Shown one piece after another: positions 13,157-27,471 of a stretch of 64,000 nucleotides of DNA. The stretch is from NCBI RefSeq assembly GCF_011386835.1, contig NC_088815.1, forward strand, positions 8,432,001-8,496,000. Direction: 5' to 3'. The DNA comes from Chrysemys picta bellii. Taxonomy: Eukaryota. Made by a program: the position numbers and the translations under genes. A model generated the notes under the pieces. That model saw only the letters and a list, made by a program, of their open reading frames with translations. It was not told the DNA's origin and ran no database searches. How positions within the stretch are numbered: the first letter of the stretch is position 1; each line of letters begins with the position of its first letter.

Positions 13157-13579
13157 TGATGTGACGTGACAGTGCGGACGTTGACTTGGGCCATTTCGAA
13201 CTGGACAGAGCAGTAGAAAACATTCTCCTGTACTGTCCAAGGGGGGTAGGAGTTAAATGGGACCTAATGGATCTGTGCCCTGTCTCTTTTCTGTGTTTCC
13301 CAGCCATAGGATCAACCCCATTCCTGTGGAGCTGCCAAGCTTCCCCTTTCCGAGGGGTGGCAGGCTCCTCTGGGATCCTGTAGTCCAATCTTCATTGTTC
13401 TCCTGGTCGTTTGCCAGCCCTCCCCTGGGCTAAAAGGGACGGATCTCTCCAAATCCCTGTAATCTCTGACTCAGCCGCTGAGTAAGCTTGGAGGTCCTTG
13501 GAAAGAAGGTGTCAAAACCGCTCAGCAGTTTTACTTTAAAAACTCCCCTGCAGGCTTGAGCGGAGCACAGGCGAAAGGG

Positions 13580-13703
13580 AAGGGAGACCGGACAGCAAGT
13601 GTGAAAAATCAGGACAGGGGGTGGGGGGTAATAGGAGCCTATATAAGAAAAAGCCCCAAATATCAGGACTGTCCCTATAAAATCGGGACCTCTGGTCACC
13701 CTA
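13580..13703. mobile_element. hAT-type MITE (TAGGGTGACCAG family)
   Basis: Right TIR CTGGTCACCCTA, degenerate left TIR; TSD CGAAAGGG / TGAAAGGG. Confidence 0.85.
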
Positions 13704-14637
13704 TGAAAGGGGCAGTGAGAAATCTTGTGTCTGTCAGAGCCTGGGGACCCTGCATTCCACCGCAGTTCTAACCGGAATGGACTGTGTCCCAGGTGGATAA
13801 GAATCATCACGCGCTTGCTAATTGCCGGCCCTGGTTCTGGTAGTGTGTGTAAAAGGCATGTCCGGCCCCAACAGCTTCCACATGCTAGAGTGTTCTATGG
13901 TGCTCTTAGGAGGGGTATGGGCGTCTCCTCTGCATGCTTTAGACTCCAAATAAAAATGGTCTCGATATTTTAAAATGTACACCATAGGAATTGTTTCAAT
14001 GAGATCCTGCAGCCTGCTTTGTGCGGGCTTTTGTTGCATCTCACAAGCTAAGCAAGGGCTGGCCAGTTTGCTCTTTGGATGGCAGATGCTCTACGTGGGT
14101 CACTGAGGTGTTGCAGGAAAGGGGTGTTGGTGATTCAGTGAGCGATGTTCTTTTTCTCCCAAGCTGATAATAAAGTAGTGCCCCGGGAGGGTGCTAGGGG
14201 GCGTCGTGCTGCTGGATTTCCTATTGTTTGGCTCCTGACTACGTACAATGATTCCAGACCTGATTCCATGGTGCTTTTCGTCACGCTAGGAGAGTTAACC
14301 CTGGATTCCTAGTCAGAGTCCAGCCTGGCAAATTGTATTATCTCCCTGCCTTTCTTGTGCAGTTCTTATTGGCTAGAGGAGTCCCCATTTCTTAAGCCAC
14401 CCCGTAGCGCTGCTGTGAACCATTAACCAGCTGCTGCGTCCTGCCCCAGAGGTGGCTGCAATTTGGTGGTGGGTGACGTGATCCACGGATGTCGATTACC
14501 TGTCTCGGGGTGGGGGGGGCGGGGGTTGAGAAGAAATTGTTTGATGCTGACGATTTGTTTTGATCTCCCTGGGTGCACGTATAAAGTGTCGCCATCATTA
14601 TGATTACCTCTTGACCTGCCAGTCTGTCTCTTTCCAG

Positions 14638-14702
14638 GGTACAATGCGCTCCACCTGGCCGCGAAACACGGCCACCCACAGTGCGTGAGCAAACTGTTGC
14701 AG
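14638..14702 (+). CDS. ANKRD24: ANKRD24 exon 4 (GYNALHLAAKHGHPQCVSKLLQ)
   Basis: Ankyrin repeat; 65 nt; GTAAGG donor. Confidence 0.95.
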
Positions 14703-14951
14703 GTAAGGCAGTCAAGCAGGAGCAGTGGGAACCTGGAGTTCGATAGGGAGGGATGTGTCCATTGTTGGTGTTGAAGCACCGAGGGCTGGACATCAGGGTA
14801 CGGGGAGCTTGTGGGGAATCTAGCAGCCCTCATAGGGTTCACCTCCTGCGGAAGCTCCTGGCCATGCAGGGAAATTGTCCGTGTGACCTTTCAGTCTAGG
14901 GAACAACCTAGGCAGGGTTAGAATTGCCATCTAGGTGTGAAATCTCCATAT

Positions 14952-15488
14952 TAGGGCTGGTCAAACGTTTGCCGTCTAAACTGTTTTTCAATGGAAAATT
15001 GGGATGTTGACCAAGTGTTTTGTGAAAAGTGTCTGCTTTCCGGGGAAAAACTTGTTTGTTTGGGTTTTTTGTGTTTAAAAAAACGGAATCCCTCAAAAAC
15101 CAAAATATTTTGATTGGGATATGCTGCCATAGTGCCTCATGGGAGTTGTAGTTCAGTTGCCATGTCCCTGTTTTCCTCTCTAGGCTGAGCTCCTTGGCCA
15201 GACTATGTCTCCCTTGATGCACTATGGCCGGGAACTCCCATGATTGACCTGCCTCCCCTCGCTAAGAAGGGAGACCATGGTGCATCATGGGAGTTGTAGT
15301 CCGACCAGGCAGCCCTGCCTATAGAAGAGAATGTGAGCCTGGGGCACCCAAACTACAACTCCCACGAGGCACAATGGCAGCATTTGAGACATTTAAAATT
15401 TTCAGCCAAAATCTTTCAGTGTGCAAATTTTTGGTGAAAAAAATCAAAATTTTCCCTGGGGGAAAATCCCATTTTCTGACCAGCTCTG
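14952..15488. mobile_element. Old non-autonomous DNA transposon-like element
   Basis: Inverted ends TAGGGCTGGTCA / TGACCAGCTCTG; no clean TSD. Confidence 0.5.
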
Positions 15489-15893
15489 TCCAGTCCATGA
15501 ATGACCCCCTGAGCTGTTTGGTCTCCTCCAGAGGCTATTACATGAATAAGTCAGCAAGATAGAGTTTAGGTCAATACATCCCACCCCTCAGCCTTTCTCT
15601 TCTGCCTTCCCTACTGACTGTGTGACTGGACACAGCAGAACTTCGCTGCTTCGCATTACAGGGTGGGCACCTGCATGGAAAAGGGGACCTTGATCCTGGC
15701 CAGTTACCCTTCCTTTTGTGGGTGACGTCAGATTGTGCCTTGCTGAGGTAGCCAGGATTTGCTGAAGGTGTCACTGCAGAGCAGCAGTGCCTTGGTGCTG
15801 TGAATAAGGTGCGGTAGTGTAGTCAAGGGTAAAAAAGGGAGTTTATCCACTTCTCATGTGGGGAATGTGGTTTTTAGTTCAGGTGAGTTTACC

Positions 15894-17152
15894 TGTGACG
15901 TTTTGGGTGACTGGAATCCTGTGCGGTTGTGGCTCACGGCCAGCAGACAAGCATGCGGGTCACACCCCGGCTTCCATCTCCCCGGTACTGTTTGCAGAAT
16001 GACCCCAGTCCTGAATTTCCCCAAAACCGCCTGCCTCTACAGCATCTAGCCCTCTCCTGGAACACAGAGAAATTATTAACTTGGGTCCCCTCTGAAGAGT
16101 CAATATACGGCAGCTCATTCATTTAATTGGGGTTTGACAAACACGCTGATTTCAATCACAGCACTGCATTGGTTTATAGAAAAAGTAAAACAAGGTTATT
16201 AAACAAAAAGTCAGAGGCTTGAGTGATCCCAAATGTAAGGAATAAAGACAGAACGGCGTACAAACAAAGCAGAAGTAAAAAGATGCCTCTAAGACTAAAA
16301 CTTGATTTGAGAAAGTTACAGTCTTGGCCCAAGTAGGTTTCTCACCTAAATTTAGTTCCCAGAAACTTCAGCCCTCTTGGTTGAAGGACTCAACCTTCTG
16401 TGATTTCAAGAGATCTGCCCCCTTGAATCTCCCAAGTGATGGACCACTACGGGGTTCTCTCCCCTTTCTCTTTATAATCCAGGAAACCTTTGCAATGTAT
16501 TCTTTGACAACTAAGCCCAGACCAAGGTTCTCTCTCCTGTCACAGGCTTTCATAAAAGACCGTACCTGCGACACTTTGATAATACAGTAATGTAAACCGC
16601 TGAGTCAACTGCTTATCATTTGAGGTTCAGACCCCTTGTCTTTGTCCTGGAAGCTATCTCCTCCACTTGCTAGGTTGGTGGCTTGGTTTATCTGTTATGT
16701 AATCGTACCTTCATTGTCTCTGCCTGACAACCAGGCTGGTCAGACAAGCAAATACACATTCCTTTATCTCAGGCAGACTGGTCTGATGGATTGCTTGCCC
16801 GACACATTTTAAGCACAATATTCTAGTACAGATAACTCTTTGTTCGCACCCCGTACATACATCACACAAGAATATTAATGATCAGTGAGTTATTAGTTTT
16901 CCATTGATGTATTGTTTGCCAGAAGTTGGGAATGGGCGACAGGGGATGGGTCACTTGGTGATTCCCTGTTCTGTTCATTCCCTCTGGGGCACCTGGCATT
17001 GGCCACTGTCGGAAGACAGGAGACTGGGTTAGATGGACCTTTGGTCTGACCCAGTCTGGCCGTTCTTATTACAGGCAACCTTTTGGGTGTATATCATGAC
17101 AACAGTGTGTTAGGTGTAGTGAATATGTCAGGCCTGACAAGAATTGGTGACA
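15894..17152. mobile_element. Possible solo-LTR-like repeat interrupted by a CR1 3' fragment
   Basis: TGTGAC...GTGACA termini around an AT-richer block unlike the flanking intron; no TSD found, so family uncertain. Confidence 0.35.
16910..17068 (+). mobile_element. 5'-truncated CR1 LINE 3' end
   Basis: Homologous to 36990-37144 (ccctctggggcac...ggacctttggtctgacccagt.tggccgttcttat). Confidence 0.85.
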
Positions 17153-17285
17153 CAGAGTAGTACCTACCCATGGGTCTCTCTGACAAATTACCCACTTCTT
17201 CTTCTTCTTCTCTTTTTTTAACTCCCACACCACTGGGAAGGTGGTTGTCCCCTGTTCTTCACTCACTATCTTCTCTGCCCATTAG

Positions 17286-17343
17286 GCATCTTGCCCGGTT
17301 GATGGAGCCGACAGCAACGGCTGGACAGCGCTCCACCATGCAG
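17286..17343 (+). CDS. ANKRD24: ANKRD24 exon 5 (ASCPVDGADSNGWTALHHA)
   Basis: 58 nt; ankyrin GWTALHHA. Confidence 0.93.
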
Positions 17344-17694
17344 GTCAGCCGAGGACCCTCCGTCCCACTTGCATCTTCCCCTTCCCCCATCTTAAACGCG
17401 GGTGTCAAATCAGCTGGGTAAACCGCCCGCCGGTGACTTGACTTATAGTGAGGATTTCAAAGGCAGGTGGCTGTGCAGAAGGGTGAATGCACAGGGGAGT
17501 GAGGGCCGGGAATGTGCCCAGATTCCATGGTGATGGGGCCATGTGGATCCAGTCTCCCTAGACAGAAGAGTATGCTCTCTCCAGTGTAGTACCTTGGGAT
17601 TTGCCATTTCTGGGCCAGATCCTGGTATGGGGGAATGGGGAGGGGGGTGGAGGGGCAGTGAGCAGGGGTTCACACCCTCTCTCTTCCTCTCTAG

Positions 17695-17765
17695 CTGTCA
17701 GCGGCTGCATCTCATGCTCCGAGATTCTCTGCGATTTCAAGGCCTCCTTGAATACCAAGGACAAG
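17695..17765 (+). CDS. ANKRD24: ANKRD24 exon 6 (AVSGCISCSEILCDFKASLNTKDK)
   Basis: 71 nt; AG/GTAGGT. Confidence 0.93.
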
Positions 17766-18834
17766 GTAGGTGGTTCTTTCCATCAGGTTTATGCTTTGTT
17801 GACCTTCAGGGGTTTGATTTCCACTGCACAGAGAGTCACCACAAGCCTAGGTGCCCCTTACTCTCCATTGGAAAGGTGGTGTAATGTAGCAGAGACCCAG
17901 ATGTGCAGAGATCACCTCACCCACCCCTGAAATGCAGCCACTTCTTGGGTGGAACGCAGCAGCAGCTAAACAGAACACAGCAATAACAGATATACCCATT
18001 TTACCTTCAGCTCCTAATGGATGTTGCTGTGTAAGTACCCGAGATAGACAGAATAATGCCTGGTGTTAAAGGACATGAAGCGAAGAGGAATCTTGCATCT
18101 AAGGCTATATCTACACAACGGCCTCGGCAAAATCTATGTCGCTCAGGGGTGTGAATATTCCACACCCCGAGTGACATAAGTTATACCACCATGAGCGTTC
18201 ATGTGCACAGCGCTATGTTGGTGGGAGAACTTCTCCCGCAGACGTGGCTTATGCCGCTCGTGGAGCTGGGTTTTCACCAGATGCGCTGGGTTTTACATCT
18301 CTGTTTAGTTTGCTTTCTTTGCACATGGTGTTCACCTTACAAAATAATATCTCGTCCCGCCTCAGGAAGGACAGCCTAGTGGTTAGGGCACTCGCCTAGG
18401 AGTTGGGAGACCTGAGCTCAGTTCCCTGCTCTGCAACAGACCTCCCGTGTGACCTTGGGCAAGTCATTTAGACTTCCTGTGCCTCCCCCTCTGGCCAGTG
18501 GGATAATAGCCTTGCCCTGCCTCACGGGTGGGCTGGTTAAAGATTGTGAAATGCTTTGAGTTCTCCTGCTGGAAAGCGCTATAGAAAAGCCAGGTGTCAT
18601 GATGATTAAGGGAAGGATTGGTGTCCATCCCTGACCGCCTGCCTGGTGATGGGACAGGGTGTGCTCCATGGGCTCGTTCGTCTGCAGTGGGGTCTGGCGC
18701 TGGACAGATGGGAGGACGCTCCCAGGAGGCGGGTACCAGACAGCGAAGAGGGCTGTATCAGAGCCAGGCTACCCGCTGCTGATCCTTTCCCCCCTTTCCC
18801 CCACTGACTTTCCTTCTCCATGCCCCTGCTTTAG

Positions 18835-18942
<108 letters not shown>

Positions 18943-19565
18943 TGAGCTCTGAAGGGCCCTGGAAGGAAGGGGGGCTGGAGAGGAGAGGGTTAAAGTGCGA
19001 GGGTGAGGAGACTCATGGCGGAGAAGTGAGTCCTACCAGTGGGCAGGACTGAGAGCCTGGATCCGACTAGGGGCCAGAGGTCTCCAGCTGGCCACCTCTG
19101 GGGGAGCTGCTCAGGGCCTGGATCTGTCTTGACGCGAGGGGGTCGGAGTGAGTCAGGGAGGCGCTGGCTGGATCTGTGTGGAAGTGGATCTGCGAGGAAG
19201 ATTCTTACAAAGCCGTAACCTAAACGGCCTGCGCAGATCCCGCCTTTGCCCCGTGTGGGCAGGTGATGGAGCAGGTGAGCTCCCCGCCTTGAGATGGGGT
19301 TTCCCCGTGCAGTGTCTGCTGGAGTCTGGCCGGGGTTCTCGCTCCCGGCCTGTCGCTGCGGGATATCCTGGCTGCCCCGGGTCTGATTGCAAACCTGGGC
19401 AGTCCTGTCCTCAGGGCGGAGAGAGGAGAGTGGCCAGGAGCAGCGGGAGAGAGAGGCTAGGAGAGTTGGCCCCAGCAGAGATGTGGGTTCCCATCCAGTT
19501 CACCGTCCTCATGCCGCTGGCTCCGGAGGGTGAGTGGGGCCATCTCTCTCCCCGCCCCGCTGTAG

Positions 19566-19753
19566 AACAGCCCTGATGCTGGCCTGCGAGAACGGCAGCG
19601 TGGAGACGGTGGAAGTTCTCATCCATGCCGGGGCGCGGGTCGGCCTGGTGGACGCCAGGGGCCAGGACGCAGCGCGCTACGGCCTGGCCACGGGGAACGC
19701 CTTGATCCAGCACTACCTGCAGGATGCCTCCCAGCGCCACTCCTGGGCCAGCG
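19566..19753 (+). CDS. ANKRD24: ANKRD24 exon 8 (TALMLACENGSVETVEVL...RHSWAS)
   Basis: 188 nt; AG/GTAAG. Confidence 0.95.
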
Positions 19754-20209
19754 GTAAGGTGCCCGGGCCAAACCCCGTCCTTCCCGAGGTCTCAGAGCGC
19801 CGTGCGGCAGCGTCTCACCCCTGCCCAGGGGGAGGCGGGTAACGTCCCTGCTTTGCAGGTGGGGTGACTGGCCTGACTCCGCTGGGTGGGCTCAGGGAGC
19901 ATGTGTGTGGGTGGTCTCTGGGGCACCCCTCCTTTTACTCGCCCAGCCGCTCAAACTCTGGATGGGAAGTGCCTCTCCCTGGCCTGGCCAGAGGGGGGTG
20001 CTGGAGAGTGACGGGCAGCGTCTGATGAGGGGTGGGAGTTGGGTCCCAGGCTTGCATGGCACCATGGAGCCCAGAGCCCCCGGGAGGGGTCTGTCTGTGT
20101 GTCCGTCTGCTTCCCCTCGAGCTGAGGGGACCAGGCCACGGGTGGCCAGTGCCCCCGGCCCCCTCTAACCTCCTGCTGGTTTCTGTTTCCTCCCCTCTGC
20201 CTCCCACAG

Positions 20210-20238
20210 AAGAGGAGTCGGCTGAGCGAACGTCGCAG
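20210..20238 (+). CDS. ANKRD24: ANKRD24 exon 9 (EEESAERTSQ)
   Basis: 29-nt microexon that restores phase 1 to 0; cccacAG / GTAAAG. Confidence 0.85.
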
Positions 20239-20533
20239 GTAAAGACGCAGGGGGCCTGGCCCAGCAGAGAGCCCCGCGGTCCAACCGCTCAGGGGCTTCC
20301 ACCGAACTGGGCCGGCCTGACCCGGCTTGGCCACCTCCCAGGGCAGGAGTAGGGCTCTCCGGGCTCATGGGAGACCAGAGGCCCCACGAAGCCCTCCTGG
20401 AACATGAGGCTTTTCGAGGACCGGGGTGGTGGGGAGGGATTAGGAGCCCCTAGGGATGCTCTTCTGAGCTTGCTGCCCCCCATCGGGTTTTGCTGGGAGA
20501 GCCTGGAGCCCTCTCCCATCGGTGTCTCCGCAG

Positions 20534-20626
20534 ACAGCGTCACCGAGCCAGTCTCTGCCCAGCGAGAGGAACGGCACCCCAAGAAAGAGGAAAGCCCCTC
20601 CGCCGCCCCCCAGCACCTCCAGCCAG
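20534..20626 (+). CDS. ANKRD24: ANKRD24 exon 10 (TASPSQ...RKRKAPPPPPSTSSQ)
   Basis: Family-conserved RKAPPPP motif; 93 nt. Confidence 0.92.
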
Positions 20627-22440
20627 GTGAGGGGGCCACCGGCTCTGCCTCCCCCGCCCCTCCCCTCCCCACACCCCAGCAGGCAGCCGCAGGAGAGCAT
20701 CCCTGAGCCTGTGACGGGCGAGGGCTGTGGTGTTTGATGGTCAAGGCAGCCTCCCCAGTGGCGGTGACACACCCTCTAGTAACCAAGCTGGTCGCAGCGT
20801 TTGTGCACGCCCAGGATGTAGCGAGGGGGGCGGGGGCGCAGCTGAGATGGCGAGGGAGGGGACCTACATAAAGGGATTTGACCATAGAGCCGCTAAAGTG
20901 CTTATCTGGCCACCACCCCCCTTGCATCTGGGAGCCTCACAATCCTTAACGTGTTTATCCTCACGACACTGCCGTGCTGTGGGCCCCGTTTTACAGATGG
21001 GGAGACTGAGGCCCGGGTCCCTCAAGGTCAAATCGTTGATTTCCATGGGAACGAGTCACCAACATACCTTTGAGGATCTGGGCCTGGGTGACGTGCCCAG
21101 GGTCACCCAGGAAGTCTGTGGCAGAGAAGGGAATTGAAGCCGGGCCGTCCAAGCCTTAGACGAATGCCCTAATCATTGTACCATCCTTTCCCTGTGCAGC
21201 CCTAAGGCGTTTACCTGTCCCGTGGGACCTTGCTAATGCACTGAGCTCTTCCCCCAGGTCTTTCCTAGGCATGATCAACTTGTGTCCCTCGGCAGTTGAG
21301 GGAGACAGGCAGCCAGTGAGGCTTGTGCCCCTGGCTCTGACAAATGGGCATGGTCCAGCAGCAGACTGGCACTGGCAGGCCATGGGTAGATCTCAGCTGG
21401 GGATGGGGGAGTCTAGTTAATTTCTCTTGCCCTGGTCTGGTCGCTTGTCTGCAAAGAGGGTTTCCTCGTATGCTGTTGACTGGGTAAGTGCCCCTTCCCG
21501 GTGGTGGGCGTGGTGTCCACAGGCAAGGGCGGGGTACACCACTCAGTGCGTTTCTGATAACGGGGTTCTGCTGGAGAACAAGCACTCCAGCCCCCGCCCC
21601 TCCTCTGGATTTCCCAGCGCTGTCTTAGCCCCTCTTTGGCTGCAGCTGCCTGGCCACTGAGCGGTGGGACCCTGCCATGTCTCTTAAGCTAAGCAGGGGC
21701 CGGCCTGGTCAGTGGCTGGATGGGAGATGGTGAGGCAGTAGGAGGTGCTCTTCTCTGAGTCTGTGTCTCATTAGGAGGCCCCGTGCTGCTGGAAGTGCCG
21801 CCCCCCAAAACTTGGGTGTAGATCTCCAAAAGAGGTCAGCGGTATCGTCATCCTGTTTTACGGGGGAAACTGAGGCACAATTTGCCCAAGGTCACCCAGC
21901 AGATCGGGGCAGAACACGGCTCCTGAGTCCCAGCGCAGTGCTCCGATCACGCGGCGGTCCCAGTGTCCTGGCCAAGCTCCAGCCGGCAGGGCCAGCCCGC
22001 TCCCTGAAATCCCCCTTGTGGTTGCAGTTGGGTCCGAGACTCTGCTTTCATTTCCATAACCAACGTGGGGTGTGAAACAGCTGCCCCGCTGCCCCCTAGA
22101 AGTGGCTGCATCCGGGTATCGGGTGAAACGATCCCCGCACGGGTGTGTGAAGCCATTCAGCCCATTTGGGGCGGGAGGTGGAAGGCATAATGGGACTTCT
22201 GCGGGAAGAGAGCTGGGGGGGGGCTTACTGGCTAAGCCTCGTTCTCTCTGTGTGACGACTGTTACTGTTTTCAAGCACACCCCACACTCTCCGGAGCACA
22301 GCTCCCCTTCCACACAGCGGAGCAGCCGGATAGTCACCACCAAGCCTGCCAGGGCTCGCCCTGCCCCAGCTGACACGGTGAGGATCCCCTGGCAGGGAGA
22401 GCGGGATGGGGCGGGCTGGGTACCCGCTGCTCTCCCCTGA

Positions 22441-22731
<291 letters not shown>

Positions 22732-22882
22732 TAATTGAGAGGGGACACCTCGTGGCTGGGAAAGCCTGGCTGCCCATTCTGCAGCTCTGAGCCCACGATC
22801 AGACCTGCTGATGCATGACCATGGGGAGGACCAGGCTGCACAGTGTCTTAACCGTCTTGGACTCTCCTTGTGTTCCCACTAG

Positions 22883-22927
22883 CGGCTGGAGTTGGAGGAG
22901 GACTCCCTACGCTCCATGGAGAAGCAG
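22883..22927 (+). CDS. ANKRD24: ANKRD24 exon 12 (RLELEEDSLRSMEKQ)
   Basis: 45 nt, phase 0/0; AG/GTAGG. Confidence 0.85.
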
Positions 22928-23274
22928 GTAGGCCAGGTGTTATGTCTCCGGAGACTGGACTCGGAGAGCTCCGGATGGTCTCTGGGATGGGAAGGGAAAA
23001 TGGCTGCATGCGGATGCTTCAGGGCATAAACTGGTCATCAGCTGGGGGTCAGGAGGAAATTTTGGGATGCGAGTGCCAGGTTAGGGATATCTGTCCTCCA
23101 AAGCGTCTGGGATCTGCCACCATTGGAACAGGATACCAGACTAGATGGATCCTTGCTGGGCCCTGGTCCGGCTCTGTGGCCTCGTAAAAGATCCACCCCA
23201 CCTAGTTCGGAAGGTACGGACGGGAATCGGCGCGAGTGTCCGGATCTAATTATGCGTCTAATTCTCTGATCCAG

Positions 23275-23373
23275 ATAAAGGAACTCCAGCAGCAACTGGC
23301 GGACAGCGAGGGGGAAAAGGAGCATTTGGGGAAGGAGGTTGAAGTGCTCCGGAGCCGCCTGTCCTTGCTGGAG
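23275..23373 (+). CDS. ANKRD24: ANKRD24 exon 13 (IKELQQQL...RSRLSLLE)
   Basis: 99 nt coiled-coil. Confidence 0.93.
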
Positions 23374-23494
23374 GTAGGAGAGCAGGGGACACGGAGCTCT
23401 AGGTCTTACTGAGTCATGCAGGAGGCCAGTGAATTGTGGGACTTTCCCTGAGGCTGGCTCAGCTGTGGTAGGGACAGTGCACTATCATGGTTAG

Positions 23495-23815
<321 letters not shown>

Positions 23816-24118
23816 TGAAAGACGGGGCTGTATTCGCCAAGCCCGTAGCAGGCCCCTCCACCAGTGCACCAGGCCCAGCCCTCGCCGCGGGGTGGAGCAC
23901 CGCCCTGGGCCGGGGTGCGGTCCGTGAGCGGCTCCCATGGGAGAGGAGGGCCCTTGGCAGGATCGGGCTTGTGCTGGAAAATGCCTGGGAAGGTTTTGCA
24001 GGAAGCAGGTGGTGGCAGGGGGGCAGCTCTCAGGGTAGGGGTGGGGCTGTTCGGGTCAAGGACCAGGGTTAGTTAGTGATGGGTCTTTGTGGGGACGGGG
24101 GTTCTGCTGCTCTCTCAG

Positions 24119-24240
24119 GGGCAGAGCTGCTGCTGTCCAAGAAGACCCTGAGTCTGTCCACGGAGGAGCTGCTGGCCACGCTGCAGGGCCAGGTGCAGTC
24201 GCTCACCATGCAAAACCAGGAGCTGCTGGAGAAGATACAG
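24119..24240 (+). CDS. ANKRD24: ANKRD24 exon 15 (GAELLLSKK...QNQELLEKIQ)
   Basis: 122 nt; phases 1/0. Confidence 0.93.
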
Positions 24241-25183
24241 GTACCGGCTCCCCCCCCCCTTCAGCCAGCTGCGCGCTTCGGGTTTCCCCTGCTAGCATCC
24301 CCTGGAGGCCCTCTCTGGTCCCCCTCCCAGGGCCAGCATCTCCTTAGTGTGCCGGTTCAGGGCTGGGACCCAACGGGCCTGGGGGCTGGGTGAGCCAGCG
24401 GCTGCTGCCTTGTGACGGATGCGGCTGGCAGGTTTCTGACCCCTAGCACACGGCAAACACCTCGGCCTGCCCCCATCTCTGTCTGTAACCTTGGCACCGT
24501 CCTTCATACTGAGTTCTCCTCCCCTGCACGCGATCCTGCTGTCACCCCTGTGCCGCTGCCCCTGCTCCATCTCGGTGGGAGCCCTCCAGACCCTGTGGTT
24601 CCCTGACCACACAATGGCTCTTCCCTTCTCCATGGTCTCTCCAGACTCAGGGAGGTGCAGGAAGCCGCCACCTGCCTTACTGTGTGTGCAGAGACATCAG
24701 ACCATGCCGCCGCCCCCGCTATCCCCTTCAAATGGCCCTGCAGGCTCCCTGCTTCACTGTAGGGCCCAGCTCGAATTTGCTGGGGATGCCTTCTGAAGTC
24801 GTCTTCCAGCCTCTTCTCTTCTCTCCCGTCTGCCCCCGACCTTTGTAGCCTAATCTTTGCTCCTTTGCCTTGTACTTACCCGCTCGGCTCCAAGGCCCTG
24901 CTGTCTAACTCTGTCGCTGTATCGTAGCCCTCTGTGCAGTTAAACTACAGGGCCTGAGTCTCCTCCCACGCTGGTGTAAATCGGGTAACTCCGCCCACAT
25001 CAGCGGACCTGGACTGGTGTAATTGATGGAAGGAGAGATCAGGCCCTGGGAAGCACCTCAGGAGCTCTGGGCCGCTCCATACGGCAGACACCGTTGTTGT
25101 GCTGCTGTAATCCCCCTGCGTAGCTGGGTCTCGGGATCCCAGTGAGAAAGTCTCATGGTTTTATCCCCCCCCGCCCTTGGCAG

Positions 25184-26731
25184 ATCCTGGAGAATTACGA
25201 GAAAGACGAGAGTGACATGGGCCCGGCCGAAGACTTCGTCCCCATCGTCCTCTACGACTCCCTCAAGTCGGAGTTCGACCGGCTCAGGGAGCAGCACGCC
25301 GAGGCCCAGGCTGCCCTGCAGGCCCTGGAAGGCAGCGGGCCCCACGGTCCCTCCTGCGAGCTAGTCCCGGTGGAGGCTTACAAGCAGCTGAAGGCTGAAT
25401 ACGAGGTGCAGATCCAGGCCCTAGAGGAGGCGCTGCAGAGGAGTAACGCCCCAGCTGAGCCCGAGGGGAAAGGCCAGGAGCCGGGCCAGGCCGGGGTGCC
25501 GGCAGAAGGAAGCAGCCGGGAAGGAGGGGCTGGAGATGTGGCTGTGGAAGAGCTGACCAAAATGCTGGCTGAGACGCGGGAGAAGCACGAGGCGGCCGTG
25601 GCCGAGGTGCGGCTCCTGCGGGAGCAGATCCAGCTGGGTATCCTGTCCGTGGAGGAGCCGGAGACGGCGGAGAGCTCCGGGAGCGAGCTGGAGACGGTGA
25701 GGGCAGCTCTGCAGAAAGCCCAGGAGGCCCTGCAGGAGAGAGACCAGAGGGTGAAGGACCTGGAGGGGCGCCTGGACGCCCAGGAAGCAGCAGCCGGTCG
25801 AGGCCGCTCCGCCGAGGAGACGAGGGCGGCCCTCAGCGTCTCCTTGGGCGAAGCCGCCGCGGAGAAGGCCGAGCTGCTGGAGAGGTGCCGCCAAGCGGAG
25901 GCAGACGCGGAGCAGCTGAGGAGGAGGGTGGAGGAGGGAGCCGGGGAGCTGCAGCGAGCGATGGGACACCTCTCAGACAGCCAGAGGCTGGAGGAGGAGA
26001 ACCGGCAGCTCCGCGAGCAGCTAGACGAGCTGAGGGGGCAGCACGAGGAGGCGCAGGCCCGGCTCCGAGAGGATCAGGGCAAGAAGGAGGAGGAGCTGAG
26101 CGCCCTGAAGGAGCAGCTGGCTTCCGAGAGCATCTCCAGGCAGGAGCAGGAGGAGATGGCGGGGGAGCTGGGCCGGTTGTTGGCCGAGTCCAACAAGAAG
26201 CGTCTGGAGCTGGAGGAGAGCCACGGCGCCGCCCAGCGGGAGGCGAGGGAGCTGCAGCAGGCGGCGGAGCGGTACAGGCGGGAGTGGGTCCCGCCGGCCG
26301 AGCACGCCCGAGCTAAGGAGGCCCTGGTGGGCAGCGTCCGGGAGCTGAAGGCCAGAGCCCGGGAGCTGGAACTGGAGCTGGCCGCCAAAGCCCAGGAGGC
26401 CGTGCGGCTGCAGGGCGAGCTGGCGAGCACGCGGGAGGGCACGGTCCCCAGGGAGGAGCACGAGCAGCTGCGGTGCAGCCTGCAGGTGGAGGTGAGCACG
26501 CTGACCCTGAAGCTGAGCGACCTGGAGCGCAAGCACGAGAAGACCTGCACGGAGGTGTTCCAGGTGCAGCGCGAGGCCCTCTTCATGAAGAGCGAGAAGC
26601 ACGCGGCCGAGGCCCAGCTGGCCGCCGCCGAGAAGCAGCTGCAGAGCCTACGGGCCGAGTCGGGCCGGATCCAGGAGCTGCACGGCCACATCGAGGACTC
26701 GGCCAAGCTGGTCAAGGAGAAGGACCGGAAG
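25184..26731 (+). CDS. ANKRD24: ANKRD24 exon 16, large coiled-coil exon (516 codons)
   Basis: Open frame ILENYEKDE...KLVKEKDRK within ORF 25142-26875; ttggcAG / GTGGGT. Confidence 0.95.
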
Positions 26732-27471
26732 GTGGGTCTGGGCTTCCCCATCACCTCGCCCCCGCGAGAGCCAGGTTCGATGTGGGACTGGGGACCCCAT
26801 AGCCCTGCCCACAAGAGAGCCATGGGTAGGGGTGAAAATTTGGGTCTGGGGATCCCAGATCCCTGCCCGCGATAGAGCCACGTGAGGAGGGTGAGAGGTG
26901 GGTCTGGGGCCATGCAGCACTCCCCGAATGTACGTTTCTTTCGAAGTGGGAACGCCGCTGCCTGGCACGTCTTTCTGCTAGGCAAAAGGGCGAGAAAGTG
27001 AGAGGGGGAGGTTCCCCCAGGGAAACGAAACAGAATTTTTCTTCACCATCTTTGGTCACGGAGCGAAAAACCTCCAAGAAAAGAACTCGTTTGTGGCAAA
27101 AGAGACCAGCCCACCTCCCCCCCGGCTCTAGTAGGGACGGGAGCTGGCTGGCCAGCAACAGACGTGGGCGCCCCTGGCTCTTTAGCTGTTTATCTGCCAC
27201 CCAGAGCAGATCATGCCCTTCTGCTGCCCAAAAGGCCGATGCCCCAGTGGAATGCGGGTGCCCCCAAAGGAGGAAGCAGCAGCAACCAAAGGGTTAACGA
27301 GCAGGTCTGGCTCCGGGGAGGGCTGGCCGGGAGGGTGACGCAGGGGAATTGGGCTTTGGAATCCCTTGTGCTGCGGGTCCTGTAATCATGCGAGACTTTG
27401 CCCTAGACTCTAACCCGCCCTGGTGAACTCAGCCAACCCTTTGTGACCGGCCGATCCCTTCGCCTTTGCAG

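Noticed and set aside
25421-26985. Antisense ORFs of 182-303 aa
   Set aside because: Shadows of the GC3-rich ANKRD24 coiled-coil exon
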